Source: Spirochaetaceae bacterium
GTDB taxonomy: Bacteria; Spirochaetota; Spirochaetia; Treponematales; Breznakiellaceae
NCBI GenBank assembly: GCA_031265535.1
Contig: JAISCO010000322.1
Coordinates: 1 to 40,389, forward strand
Length of the DNA: 40,389 nt
Direction: 5' to 3'
Position numbers and translations under genes: made by a program. Positions 28,894 through 36,590 of the stretch are shown piece after piece; position 1 is the stretch's first letter; every line of letters starts with the position of its first letter. The notes below the pieces were generated by a model. It was given only the letters and a program-made list of their open reading frames with translations. It had not been told where the DNA came from and made no database searches.

Positions 28894-29310
28894 TCAAGAG
28901 CCCTGTTCAGGGGTATTGGTATCTGTTTTCACAGGTTTTATTATTGAGACTGCTAACTGGCGAATAAATCCAAGTACCCCGCAAATTGCAAAAATGAGCC
29001 ATATCACGTGCCCTCTTATATGCCAGATATAAAAAGTGAAAAAAACATACGGAGCCCCTAATATGACGCACCCTAAAATACTATTGATTTTTCTCAATAG
29101 CAATATAAACCCCAGAATACCAAAAGGAATACTAAAAATAATACCTGCTAAAATTGCCCACCAAAAACCTTTGGCAATCATATTCGTCAGAAATACCGGC
29201 ATAAAACCCAACGCTTTGTCGCCGACTTCGACGGAACCGCACCCCGCCACACCGATTGTGATTAGAGCCCCAATGACTATAATCCCAAAAAGTTTTGTAC
29301 ATCTCTTCAT
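28894..29310 (-). CDS. small multi-pass membrane protein / lipoprotein
   Basis: 138 aa. Signal sequence with 'VAGC' lipobox, followed by three hydrophobic helices. Confidence 0.6.
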   Translation of the reverse strand: MKRCTKLFGIIVIGALITIGVAGCGSVEVGDKALGFMPVFLTNMIAKGFWWAILAGIIFSIPFGILGFILLLRKINSILGCVILGAPYVFFTFYIWHIRGHVIWLIFAICGVLGFIRQLAVSIIKPVKTDTNTPEQGS

Positions 29311-29601
29311 AAAAAATACCCCTTAAATTAAAATTTGCGTTTATAGTCCGCCGGCTTTTTTATATAAAGCGATAAAAAAATACCGCCGCTTTACCCACAT
29401 TCCTGACGTTTACCGTTGATAGGTTCCTGACGTTTTTTGTGCGCGATGAAGGAATCGCGTAGCAATTCCAGCGCACAAAAAATGTGGCGGAGAAAAAACA
29501 CACAAAGAATGTAGCCCGACTGCGTTTTTTCGTAACCCGTAGCGCCCGTAAGGCGTGGAGCAGGAACCATGCGTTATGTGCCGTTTGTCTGCTACCATAT
29601 T

Positions 29602-30654
29602 CTAAGTTTTATTCCTTCTAAAACTTCCCATAATTCCTGACTCGTCACCTCTTGAAATTAACAATAACCAATCACCTTTTTTATAGGTGTAAACTTCACC
29701 TGTGGAAATAACTACCGGATATTTATTAAACTCATTATAGAGTGCTTCCGCATTATCCCCCCTCTCATCCACAAAATGATACCCATCTTTTTGTGTTTTC
29801 GCCAAGAATTCATTACAAAACTGTTTGGCATTATCTTTAGTAATATTTTTACTAACACGTTTTATAACCCAACTGGCTTTCCATACACCGGTATTTGAAC
29901 TATAGTCTTTTTTATTATTATCAACACCTTCTACAATATGTGTGGATAATATATTATTTCCATATAGATCATTTGAAAATGATTTTAGAAAGTAAGTTTT
30001 ACCAGCTTCAATGGTACATTTTGTGGTTGTATGATTACTTGCTATATGTTTTGTATTCCCGTCGCTCCATTCAAAATCAAGATTCAAGTAACATTCACAT
30101 GGAGGCAATAATATTGAGACCGCTTTGGCAAAAGTCGTAGACCATCTTACATTTTTACCATTAAATGCCTTTATAGTATAATGCCCGTCAAAAATCAAAT
30201 TTGCGGCATTATTGCTATTTAGATTAGAAGTAAATGGATCTAATGTTTTCACTTTTGGTTGAATCTTATTCCATATAATAACACCAAGTACCACGACCAT
30301 AATAATACCTATAAGCAATAATCTCCCACCCCATTCATCCCAAAATGGTAAATCCATATTAGACTGTAATGATATACCTACAGATTTTGCAATTTCATCT
30401 AACTTTGCCTTATCGGTTACCCAGTATGATGTTCCGTTAAAAAGACACCATTCTTTGTCATAGTTCCAAAGTTTGAAACCTTCAATGTCAACTTGCTTAT
30501 AGACAATCCCAATATCGACAAATTCCCCATCTATTGCATATTGAGAAGTGTCAGGCAATTTTGCTATAAGGGATATAGCATTCCCAGGAGCATTCGAATT
30601 GCAACTAGTCAAAAACAGCGACAAACCCAAAATTAAAAAAGCAAAATACTTCAT
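29602..30654 (-). CDS. lipoprotein with a central TM helix; paralogous beta domain shared with 31950-32591
   Basis: Start at MKYFAFLILGLSLFLTSC (lipobox LTSC), with GAGGAGG upstream. TM helix 'LLLIGIIMVVVLGVIIW'. The domain 'ILLPPCECYLNLDFEW...TIEAGKTYFLKSF' resembles 'ILVPEGICEIVWQY...NFVAGKMYILSF' in the paralogue. Confidence 0.65.
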   Translation of the reverse strand: MKYFAFLILGLSLFLTSCNSNAPGNAISLIAKLPDTSQYAIDGEFVDIGIVYKQVDIEGFKLWNYDKEWCLFNGTSYWVTDKAKLDEIAKSVGISLQSNMDLPFWDEWGGRLLLIGIIMVVVLGVIIWNKIQPKVKTLDPFTSNLNSNNAANLIFDGHYTIKAFNGKNVRWSTTFAKAVSILLPPCECYLNLDFEWSDGNTKHIASNHTTTKCTIEAGKTYFLKSFSNDLYGNNILSTHIVEGVDNNKKDYSSNTGVWKASWVIKRVSKNITKDNAKQFCNEFLAKTQKDGYHFVDERGDNAEALYNEFNKYPVVISTGEVYTYKKGDWLLLISRGDESGIMGSFRRNKT

Positions 30655-30808
30655 AGTCTTTCCTCCTCGTTTACTTTTACACAAATAGCCATATAATTTC
30701 AGAAAAATGGCACTTAATGTTCCGGCTGTTTTTGCAGCCTGAGCCGCCTACTGGCGGCGAAGCGTAAACAGTCCTGTTAGGCGAAGTGGGGGCATATCCC
30801 ACTTATGT

Positions 30809-31429
30809 TTAGTTGCGAATATTTTTTAACCTCTCAACCATCTGACGATCCGCCTCTGCTCGGACATTATCCCCTATAAGATCATACATCCTGCTACGCT
30901 TGAAATAAGTATCTGCGTCATTTGGAGTGATCCTAATTATCTCGGTGAAATCTGCGATAGCCGGATTGTAGTAATTCTTAATAAGATTCTCGCGATTATC
31001 CATAATAGGAGGTTTACTACTATATATATAAGCGCGTAAATTATATGCTTGGACAAAATTTGGATCTATACAGATCGCCTCAGTTAGGTCTGCGATTGCC
31101 TTGGTCTCATTCGCTTCTATATTTTTTTTAATATAAACAAAGGCACGTCGATAATAAGCTATAGCGTCGTTCGGTATAAGCCGTATTACCTCGGTGAAGT
31201 CTGAAATAGCCAGATCATATTCATAATTTTCTCTTTTAAGACACTCCAATCCTTGTAGAGATTTTACCGCAATTTTTTGCTTTTCAAGATACGACAAACC
31301 ACGGGTAATATAAGCGGCAGTGAAATTCGGGTCGAGCCGAATCGCTTCAGTGAAGTCCTTAATTGCCAAATCGAAGTCTTTTTCGCGGAAATACTTATCA
31401 CCGCGCTCAGAATACTCTTCTGCATTCAT
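30809..31429 (-). CDS. TPR-repeat protein
   Basis: 206 aa with repeated 'A(I/L)xDFTEAIRLDPN...AY..RG..Y' units. Confidence 0.8.
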   Translation of the reverse strand: MNAEEYSERGDKYFREKDFDLAIKDFTEAIRLDPNFTAAYITRGLSYLEKQKIAVKSLQGLECLKRENYEYDLAISDFTEVIRLIPNDAIAYYRRAFVYIKKNIEANETKAIADLTEAICIDPNFVQAYNLRAYIYSSKPPIMDNRENLIKNYYNPAIADFTEIIRITPNDADTYFKRSRMYDLIGDNVRAEADRQMVERLKNIRN

Positions 31430-31552
31430 AACATATCCTAGTGTTTAAAGTCCACCATGACTTTTAGTTTTTGCTGTCCAACGAACAATATTCCAAAACG
31501 CTGAAATATCAGCATAAAGAAACCCGTATAATTTAGTTTTAACAATAGCCGG
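31427..31552 (-). repeat. ~126-bp upstream-region repeat, copy A (partner at 32968-33093)
   Basis: 'cataacatatcctagtgtttaaagtccaccatgacttttagtttttgctgtccaacgaacaatattccaaaacgctgaaatatcagcataaagaaa...aacaatagccgg' is nearly identical in both copies. Each copy begins at the start codon of a minus-strand gene. Confidence 0.85.
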
Positions 31553-31891
31553 GGGAGCGCACTGTTTCTGCTTTTGTAACATTGTATGCGCTGTCCAATT
31601 TCCAGCCAAAAGACGCTAAAAGTTCTGTGGCGTCAGCCTGCTCAGAAGGTCCTATCCTGATGATTTTTGTTTCTTTCATAGTAATTTCTCCATCCATAAA
31701 AAACATTTGTCTTTTCGTTATACATACTCAATTCCTGCGGATTCACGATAAAAGCGTCAACAATGCTAATACCGCCGTCAAAAATGTTATGTATAACCGC
31801 TTTTTTATTCGCAGTCTGGTTTAATACCCCGCCGCAGAGCTTCTAACGTTTGTTATGCGACGTAAAAACCTATTCTACAATATTATTATCT

Positions 31892-31930
31892 GATGCTGTT
31901 CCAAAACCCGGTTAGTTTTGGAACAGCATC
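31892..31930 (-). terminator. perfect 16-bp hairpin just downstream of the 31950-32591 gene
   Basis: GATGCTGTTCCAAAAC (31892-31907), a 7-nt loop, then GTTTTGGAACAGCATC (31915-30). On the minus strand it is followed by an A/U-rich tail (AGAUAAUAAUAUU), not a clean U-run. Confidence 0.5.
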
Positions 31931-31933
31931 ATC

Positions 31934-31968
31934 AATTATGAATTATGAATTATGAATTATGAATTATA
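31934..31968. repeat. heptanucleotide microsatellite (AATTATG) x about 5
   Basis: aattatg is repeated at 31934, 31941, 31948 and 31955, with an imperfect copy at 31962. It spans the stop codon of 31950-32591. Confidence 0.9.
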
Positions 31969-32591
31969 AACATTATCACATCCCAATTTGGAACAAATTT
32001 TCCAATAATTACTGTGATTATCACAGCTACTAATAAATAAAGTGGTATTGAAAGGAATGGATGTTTTTCTAATGGTCCTTTAGCCCAAAGCATAAACAAC
32101 CCAAAAATACAACCACCCCATATAAGAAATAGAATGATAGTTTTTACAATATCTCTTCTTTTACCACCCTCAGTGCTCAGATATTCGTTTAAATCAATTT
32201 GAGTTATTTCTTTTACGGAGTATGATATATTTTTTTCAATATCATTGAGAGTGAATGATAAGATATACATTTTTCCAGCGACAAAATTAGTTGTAATCTC
32301 CATATTACTTGCACTAATTTCTTTTGTTTTACTGGAATATTGCCATACTATTTCACATATGCCTTCCGGAACAAGTATTGTCGCAACTTTTGAAACGCCT
32401 GGCTTCCACGAACCAGTTATATTGTTAATTTTTGTGACTTCAGCATTAGTTGGAATGATAAACAATGCGCATTCGTTCGTAAGCGAATTACTAGTAAGAG
32501 GTGGAAATTGTTTTATTTCAGCGCATCCGGATAAAATCACTGTAAATAAAGCAAGTGTAATAAAAACGGAAAATGGTTTTTCATGTCTCAT
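31950..32591 (-). CDS. lipoprotein with C-terminal TM helices; paralogue of 29602-30654
   Basis: ATG 6 nt after AGGAG (the track starts two codons earlier at TTG). Signal sequence 'FITLALFTVILSGC'. Two C-terminal TM helices. Confidence 0.65.
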   Translation of the reverse strand: MRHEKPFSVFITLALFTVILSGCAEIKQFPPLTSNSLTNECALFIIPTNAEVTKINNITGSWKPGVSKVATILVPEGICEIVWQYSSKTKEISASNMEITTNFVAGKMYILSFTLNDIEKNISYSVKEITQIDLNEYLSTEGGKRRDIVKTIILFLIWGGCIFGLFMLWAKGPLEKHPFLSIPLYLLVAVIITVIIGKFVPNWDVIMFIIHNS

Positions 32592-32745
32592 AAGCAACTC
32601 CTATTCATAAAATACAACATAAGATAGGCATATTAAATTAACATTTCCTATATGTTTTTTATGCCACACAATGTCCAGAGTGTTCGTACCCCACTACGCA
32701 AACAACTTGTTATGCGAAGCGGGGACGTTTTCAAAGCCTAGTCCA

Positions 32746-32970
32746 TTATTCGCGAGCGGATTTTACTTTACTTATGCAACTTGCACAACCTCCGTTATGT
32801 TCCAAATAATACTGTATGTCATAATTCATAAAAACAGGCCCTTCAGGTTTCTTATAGCCGACACTCTCTATAAAATCTCTTATTGAGGTAGGGGTGCTCC
32901 CATCATTCATCCTGGGACGAATTGCAAGGCAAGAACTGCACAAATCACTTGTCGAAAGTCTAGTACTCAT
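32746..32970 (-). CDS. hypothetical 74-aa Cys-containing protein
   Basis: ORF preceded by copy B of the 126-bp upstream repeat. No recognisable motif. Coding status is uncertain. Confidence 0.4.
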   Translation of the reverse strand: MSTRLSTSDLCSSCLAIRPRMNDGSTPTSIRDFIESVGYKKPEGPVFMNYDIQYYLEHNGGCASCISKVKSARE

Positions 32971-33093
32971 AACATATCCTAGTGTTTAAAGTCCACCATG
33001 ACTTTTAGTTTTTGCTGTCCAACGGACAATATTCCAAAACGCTGAAATATCAGCATAAAGAAATCTGTATCATTTAGTCTTAACAATAGCCGG
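32968..33093 (-). repeat. ~126-bp upstream-region repeat, copy B
   Basis: See 31427-31552; the two differ by a handful of substitutions. Confidence 0.85.
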
Positions 33094-33103
33094 TTTTATA
33101 GGG

Positions 33104-33802
33104 CTATTTTTTTCCTTTTGCTGCCGCCGCTTCCGACAGTTCAAGCATTTTACGTATATTGCCGTCATCGGGCGTGAACTCCAGAGCCTTCTTAAAATCA
33201 GGAATTGCGCGGACATCATCGCCTTTTATGCCGTACGACCTACCGCGCTCGGAATAAGCGCCGGCAAGCTTGCTTTTCACCCTGGGGTAATCCGGGTTGA
33301 GCCTAAACAGTTCCTCGAAATCCGCAATAGCCTCATCGAAGTTTCCATTCTTGGAATGTTCGCGGCCGCGTCTGTTAAGGGCAAAAAGGTGATCCGGATT
33401 ATGTTTGAGCGCTTCGGTAAAGGCGGCGATAGCCCGGACATGCTCTTCTTTGGATGCATGAGTCAAACCGCGTATGTAATATAGAGCGGCAAAAGTGATC
33501 TTTGCCGAAGAATCACTTGGGTCGCGTTTGAGCGCTTCGGTATATTCCACGATTGCCCGGTCAACATCGGTTATCCCATCTGTTAACTCCAAAATTTTTG
33601 CCCTCTCTTTGGCTTCGTCTGCCGTTGCGTTTGCCTCCTGAACTCTAGCTTCGATTGCCAACCCAATATTCCCAAGAAATCGGCGAAGATCAGCATTATC
33701 AGGCTGAATTTCCAGAGCCTTTTCCAAGTTTTCTTTTGCCAGATCGAATTTCCCTCTTTGGAAAAATTCAAAGCTTTGCCGAGCATAGTCATTAAAATTC
33801 AT
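33104..33802 (-). CDS. TPR-repeat protein
   Basis: 232 aa from MNFNDYARQ, with AGGAGG 7 nt upstream; the track's longer start lacks an SD. Repeated 'A(I/L).(D/E)(F/Y).(E/K)AL...P(D/N)' TPR units. Confidence 0.8.
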   Translation of the reverse strand: MNFNDYARQSFEFFQRGKFDLAKENLEKALEIQPDNADLRRFLGNIGLAIEARVQEANATADEAKERAKILELTDGITDVDRAIVEYTEALKRDPSDSSAKITFAALYYIRGLTHASKEEHVRAIAAFTEALKHNPDHLFALNRRGREHSKNGNFDEAIADFEELFRLNPDYPRVKSKLAGAYSERGRSYGIKGDDVRAIPDFKKALEFTPDDGNIRKMLELSEAAAAKGKK

Positions 33803-33860
33803 AAAAAACCTCCTGCGGTCTATTCCCGCCGTCAAAAATGTTATGTATAACCGCTTTTTA
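33803..33860 (-). promoter_or_regulatory. promoter/leader cassette, class 2 (best copy)
   Basis: Minus-strand reading is AAAAAGCGGTTATACATAACATTTTTGACGGCGGGAATAGACCGCAGGAGGTTTTTT followed by ATG. Related copies lie at 31771-31812, 38802-38850 and 36214-36250. Confidence 0.5.
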
Positions 33861-33901
33861 TCCAAAAACATCCAGCCATAATCCATGTGTTTGCCGGTAT
33901 C

Positions 33902-34378
33902 TTATCTTTTCACCAGGCAGCCATTCTCTATGCCACAAATTAAACTGCCATCTAAACCATAGACGGCATTTCCTTTGATGGCGCCAATCTGTCTGCCTCG
34001 TGAGTAAACACCTGAACCGGTTATAGAACCAAGTTTATGGTTACCGCTTGGCTCCATGATATAACCATCCACAATCGGAAGCCTGCCGCCTTTATTAAGC
34101 TCTATGAAGAGGTCATTTGCGCCTTCGTCGCTCGAGTAACCGCCGCCACCGCCGCCGATGATGCTATAATAGATAAAGTAGGCGATAACGCCGCCAATGA
34201 GTCCGCCGATAATGGTGCCTAAGATATGGTTTGCTCCTGAGCCGATGGCGCCTCCAATTACTAGTCCGGCGCCCATTAATATGGGGAACCCGCACCCCAT
34301 AAACAGCACGGCGACTACCAGCGCAAATGCCGTTACGCCCAATAGCCGGAAGAACCGGCTCCACTTTGCCGTTTTCAT
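33902..34378 (-). CDS. glycine-zipper membrane protein with a short beta-repeat C-terminal domain
   Basis: 158 aa. Three Gly-rich TM helices (GAGLVIGGAIGSGANHILGTIIGGLIGGVIAYFIYY), a poly-Gly stretch, then 'G..VY..G..IG.IKGNAVYGLDGSLI' repeats. Class-1 leader upstream. Confidence 0.7.
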   Translation of the reverse strand: MKTAKWSRFFRLLGVTAFALVVAVLFMGCGFPILMGAGLVIGGAIGSGANHILGTIIGGLIGGVIAYFIYYSIIGGGGGGYSSDEGANDLFIELNKGGRLPIVDGYIMEPSGNHKLGSITGSGVYSRGRQIGAIKGNAVYGLDGSLICGIENGCLVKR

Positions 34379-34384
34379 TTTAAA

Positions 34385-34415
34385 CCTTCCTTCCCGCCGT
34401 TACGCCGCGGAACAC
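34385..34415 (-). promoter_or_regulatory. conserved 5' leader cassette, class 1 (copy 3 of 4)
   Basis: Minus-strand reading is GTGTTCCGCGGCGTAACGGCGGGAAGGAAGG, then TTTAAA and ATG. Confidence 0.55.
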
Positions 34416-34491
34416 GATTTTTTATTCATGCACTACACCGTGCGCATTAAATACGGCACGTGAAAAACAGAGTATCGGAGTTAATAGCCGC

Positions 34492-35142
34492 TCATCCTTC
34501 CGTATTACCCGACACCGTGCCCCCTTTATTGATGAAGGTTCCGTCATCGACCCTCACCCCGCGGCCGGAATTGCCCGATACTGTGCCGCCCTCCATGATA
34601 AAGGTGCTGGCCTTACCGACATACACGCCGTCCTCGGTATTTCCCGATACCGACGCGTTGTCCTTCATAATGAACGTTCCGGGACTGCCGTAATCGACAA
34701 ACACGCCGGTATTGGAATTACCCTTCACGACAGCACGGTCCTTCATGATGAATTTTCCATCCGCTGAGACGGATACGCCGCCGCCAAAATTGCCGGTTAT
34801 CACGGCGCCGCCCTCCATGACGAATTCACCACCCCATGCCGCGACGACGGTCATCATACTGTCGCCCCGCCCGCGCAGTGTAAGATCCCTGACAATGACG
34901 GTTTGACCGTTTCCTATGCGCAGCAGGGTGCCGCCGTCAGATGGGGATAGGGATCCACGGCCTTCTAGAGTTACCGTTATATTGACCGCGCTGCCGAAGG
35001 TTTTTTCCGCAACCGGGGTAACGGGCACGAGGATATCGGCGTTTATCGCAATGCTATGGGTCATGCCATTGCCACCGTTTCTGATTCCGTTCACCGCCGC
35101 TTTCCATGTTTCCAGATCCCGTACATTCCAATTATTTGTCAT
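34492..35142 (-). CDS. right-handed beta-helix repeat protein with no signal peptide
   Basis: 216 aa with repeated 'G.F(I/V)M..G..V(S/T)GN...GV.V' units. Confidence 0.65.
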   Translation of the reverse strand: MTNNWNVRDLETWKAAVNGIRNGGNGMTHSIAINADILVPVTPVAEKTFGSAVNITVTLEGRGSLSPSDGGTLLRIGNGQTVIVRDLTLRGRGDSMMTVVAAWGGEFVMEGGAVITGNFGGGVSVSADGKFIMKDRAVVKGNSNTGVFVDYGSPGTFIMKDNASVSGNTEDGVYVGKASTFIMEGGTVSGNSGRGVRVDDGTFINKGGTVSGNTEG

Positions 35143-35153
35143 ATTTTCTCCCC

Positions 35154-35187
35154 TAATAAAAAATTTTGGCGTTAATACAGGAACGCC
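35154..35187 (-). terminator. hairpin + T-run cassette (class 3), copy 1
   Basis: Minus-strand reading is GGCGTT-CCTGTATT-AACGCC followed by AAAATTTTTTATT. It lies 44 nt downstream of the stop of 35231-35458 and directly upstream of the SD of 34492-35142. Confidence 0.45.
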
Positions 35188-35230
35188 GCCTGCCGTATTC
35201 CATGCGTCAACCCATTTTTCAGAGTACTAT

Positions 35231-35458
35231 CTAAGTTTCATCAATGAATTGTATGGCTGCAAGCCAAGACTGCCCTCGGAGTTGTGCAAAATTGTCTCTG
35301 GCTTCCTTTAAGCTGGACCAATAAGTAAAATCGCGAATGCAAGGGCCGTCGCTATGCCAGTGTTTTGGCTGCTCAATTTCACCCATATTAATAAGCCGAA
35401 CCGATCCCTGAGTTGGTGGATATCCTGGTCCTATGTCCATAATAACTGCGTATACCAT
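35231..35458 (-). CDS. hypothetical 75-aa protein
   Basis: ATG (MVYAVIMD...) lies 9 nt after GGAGG; the track starts at TTG two codons earlier. Confidence 0.5.
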   Translation of the reverse strand: MVYAVIMDIGPGYPPTQGSVRLINMGEIEQPKHWHSDGPCIRDFTYWSSLKEARDNFAQLRGQSWLAAIQFIDET

Positions 35459-35549
35459 TTTCAATTTCCTCCGTAATCATTGATACGATAAATACGATTG
35501 CCATATTGATATTTAATGTCCATTGTTACATCCAGTTGTTTAAATGGAA

Positions 35550-35714
35550 TCAATATTTATCAAACATATTGTGGTCATTTTCAAACCCGCCAATCCCAAA
35601 GTCTCTTGGCCTGATACTGTCATACATGCGGTCTACGGTTTTTTCGACCGCGTCTGCCAAATCTTTATGTGCTTCAAGCCACTCTTTCTGTCTTTCCCAC
35701 TCGTGATAATCCAT
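35550..35714 (-). CDS. hypothetical 54-aa protein (below the ORF-track cutoff)
   Basis: My translation is MDYHEWERQKEWLEAHKDLADAVEKTVDRMYDSIRPRDFGIGGFENDHNMFDKY, ending at TGA. SD AAGGAG 7 nt upstream. Confidence 0.4.
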   Translation of the reverse strand: MDYHEWERQKEWLEAHKDLADAVEKTVDRMYDSIRPRDFGIGGFENDHNMFDKY

Positions 35715-35840
35715 AATACACTCCTTACGTAGTTTTATGAGGCGACATCACTAATGCCGGTATTCCTCTTTATTAATGGCGATAGCGTAAAACCAGAAGG
35801 CTTTACGTTCCAAAATGATTATACTTTCATGCGCCCCTCC

Positions 35841-35879
35841 TATAAAAAATAGTTTTGCGGCGTTACTACAGGAACGCCG
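35841..35879 (-). terminator. hairpin + T-run cassette (class 3), copy 2
   Basis: Minus-strand reading is CGGCGTT-CCTGTAGT-AACGCCG followed by CAAAACTATTTTTTATAGGAGGGG. It lies ~80 nt downstream of the Zn-ribbon ORF at 35961-36116. The SD and ATG that follow open only a 3-codon ORF. Confidence 0.45.
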
Positions 35880-35960
35880 TCTGATCCGGAGTTTCACAAC
35901 CTGATTCAGCGTCGAGAACAGTTTCAGATTGTGAAACCCGCCTGATTACCGCCGTAACAA

Positions 35961-36116
35961 TCAGCGTCCTAATGCCATCTCTATCTCTTTTTCAAGCACT
36001 TTTTGGCATTTTGGACAACGTTTGTCTTTCAATAACGCAGGGCTCCATTCATATTTGCACTTAGAGCATGTTATCTTTTTGCCCATCTCGGTCAACTTAC
36101 GAAGTTTTTCGTCCAT
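35961..36116 (-). CDS. 51-aa Zn-ribbon protein (below the ORF-track cutoff)
   Basis: My translation is MDEKLRKLTEMGKKITCSKCKYEWSPALLKDKRCPKCQKVLEKEIEMALGR. SD AAGGAGG. The protein and its leader are paralogous to 37310-37495. Confidence 0.55.
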   Translation of the reverse strand: MDEKLRKLTEMGKKITCSKCKYEWSPALLKDKRCPKCQKVLEKEIEMALGR

Positions 36117-36290
36117 TTCTTTTACCTCCTTTTATTTTTATACACGCCCCACACAGGGCGCGTTTTTCTATTTCAAACTTCCCTTCGCGCTTAATATAAT
36201 CTTGAAAATTCATAAAAACATCCTTTGCGGACTATGCCCTGCTATCATGCGTACAGCTTTCATGCTATACTTACCTTTACGGAGGCTCCC

Positions 36291-36590
36291 ATGACTTTTG
36301 AACAAACCGTTGAAATTCCAGAAAACCGATGCTTGGCCATTGAGATTCCCCGGGAATTCCCAACGGGTGCGGCGATATTTACCTTTACTCCGAAACCCGC
36401 ATATCCGGCAGACAAGACCGCCCGGACAAGCCTGAACGAAGCTGCGCTGAAAGAAGCTATAGAAAAATGCAAGGGTATAGCAAAGGGTATCCTTTCAAGC
36501 GATGAAATCATTGCGATGCGGCGCAAGGATAAAGAACTCGAAGACGCGCAGTTCAGGCGGCTGTTTTCCCTTGACGAGGATAAGGTTTGA
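36291..36590 (+). CDS. VapB-type antitoxin-like protein (inferred from context)
   Basis: 99 aa from MTFEQTVEIPENR, with GGAGG upstream. Its stop overlaps (TTGA) the start of a PIN-like remnant. Its small size and C-terminal charged helix are compatible with an antitoxin. Confidence 0.45.
   Translation: MTFEQTVEIPENRCLAIEIPREFPTGAAIFTFTPKPAYPADKTARTSLNEAALKEAIEKCKGIAKGILSSDEIIAMRRKDKELEDAQFRRLFSLDEDKV

Noticed and set aside
29433-29482. The 12-bp inverted repeat as an intrinsic terminator.
   Set aside because: The U-run lies 5' of the stem and an A-run 3' of it in both orientations. It therefore lacks the 3' U-tract needed for intrinsic termination.
29410-29598. A 62-aa minus-strand ORF in the 29311-29601 gap, and a tRNA-like '...GCTACCA' 3' end near 29590.
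   Set aside because: The ORF spans the palindrome and direct-repeat structure and has no SD. I could find no T-loop (GTTCRANYC) or cloverleaf pairing, so it is not a tRNA.
31539-31706. A possible 46-55-aa minus-strand ORF ((MFFMDGEIT)MKETKIIRIGPSEQADATELLASFGWKLDSAYNVTKAETVRSPGYC) downstream of a class-2 cassette, and the antisense 31582-31824 + ORF.
   Set aside because: The minus ORF has a GGAGA SD but is short and partly overlaps the 126-bp repeat, so I cannot support it without conservation or expression data. The plus ORF has no SD or motif.
33803-33886. Longer track starts for several genes: 33886 for the TPR gene, 25307 for the GrpE-like gene, 28819, 30684, 32597, 35464 and 37504.
   Set aside because: The downstream ATGs are each preceded by a good SD at 6-9 nt. 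The extended N-termini lack an SD, overlap the upstream gene, or start at TTG too close to the SD.
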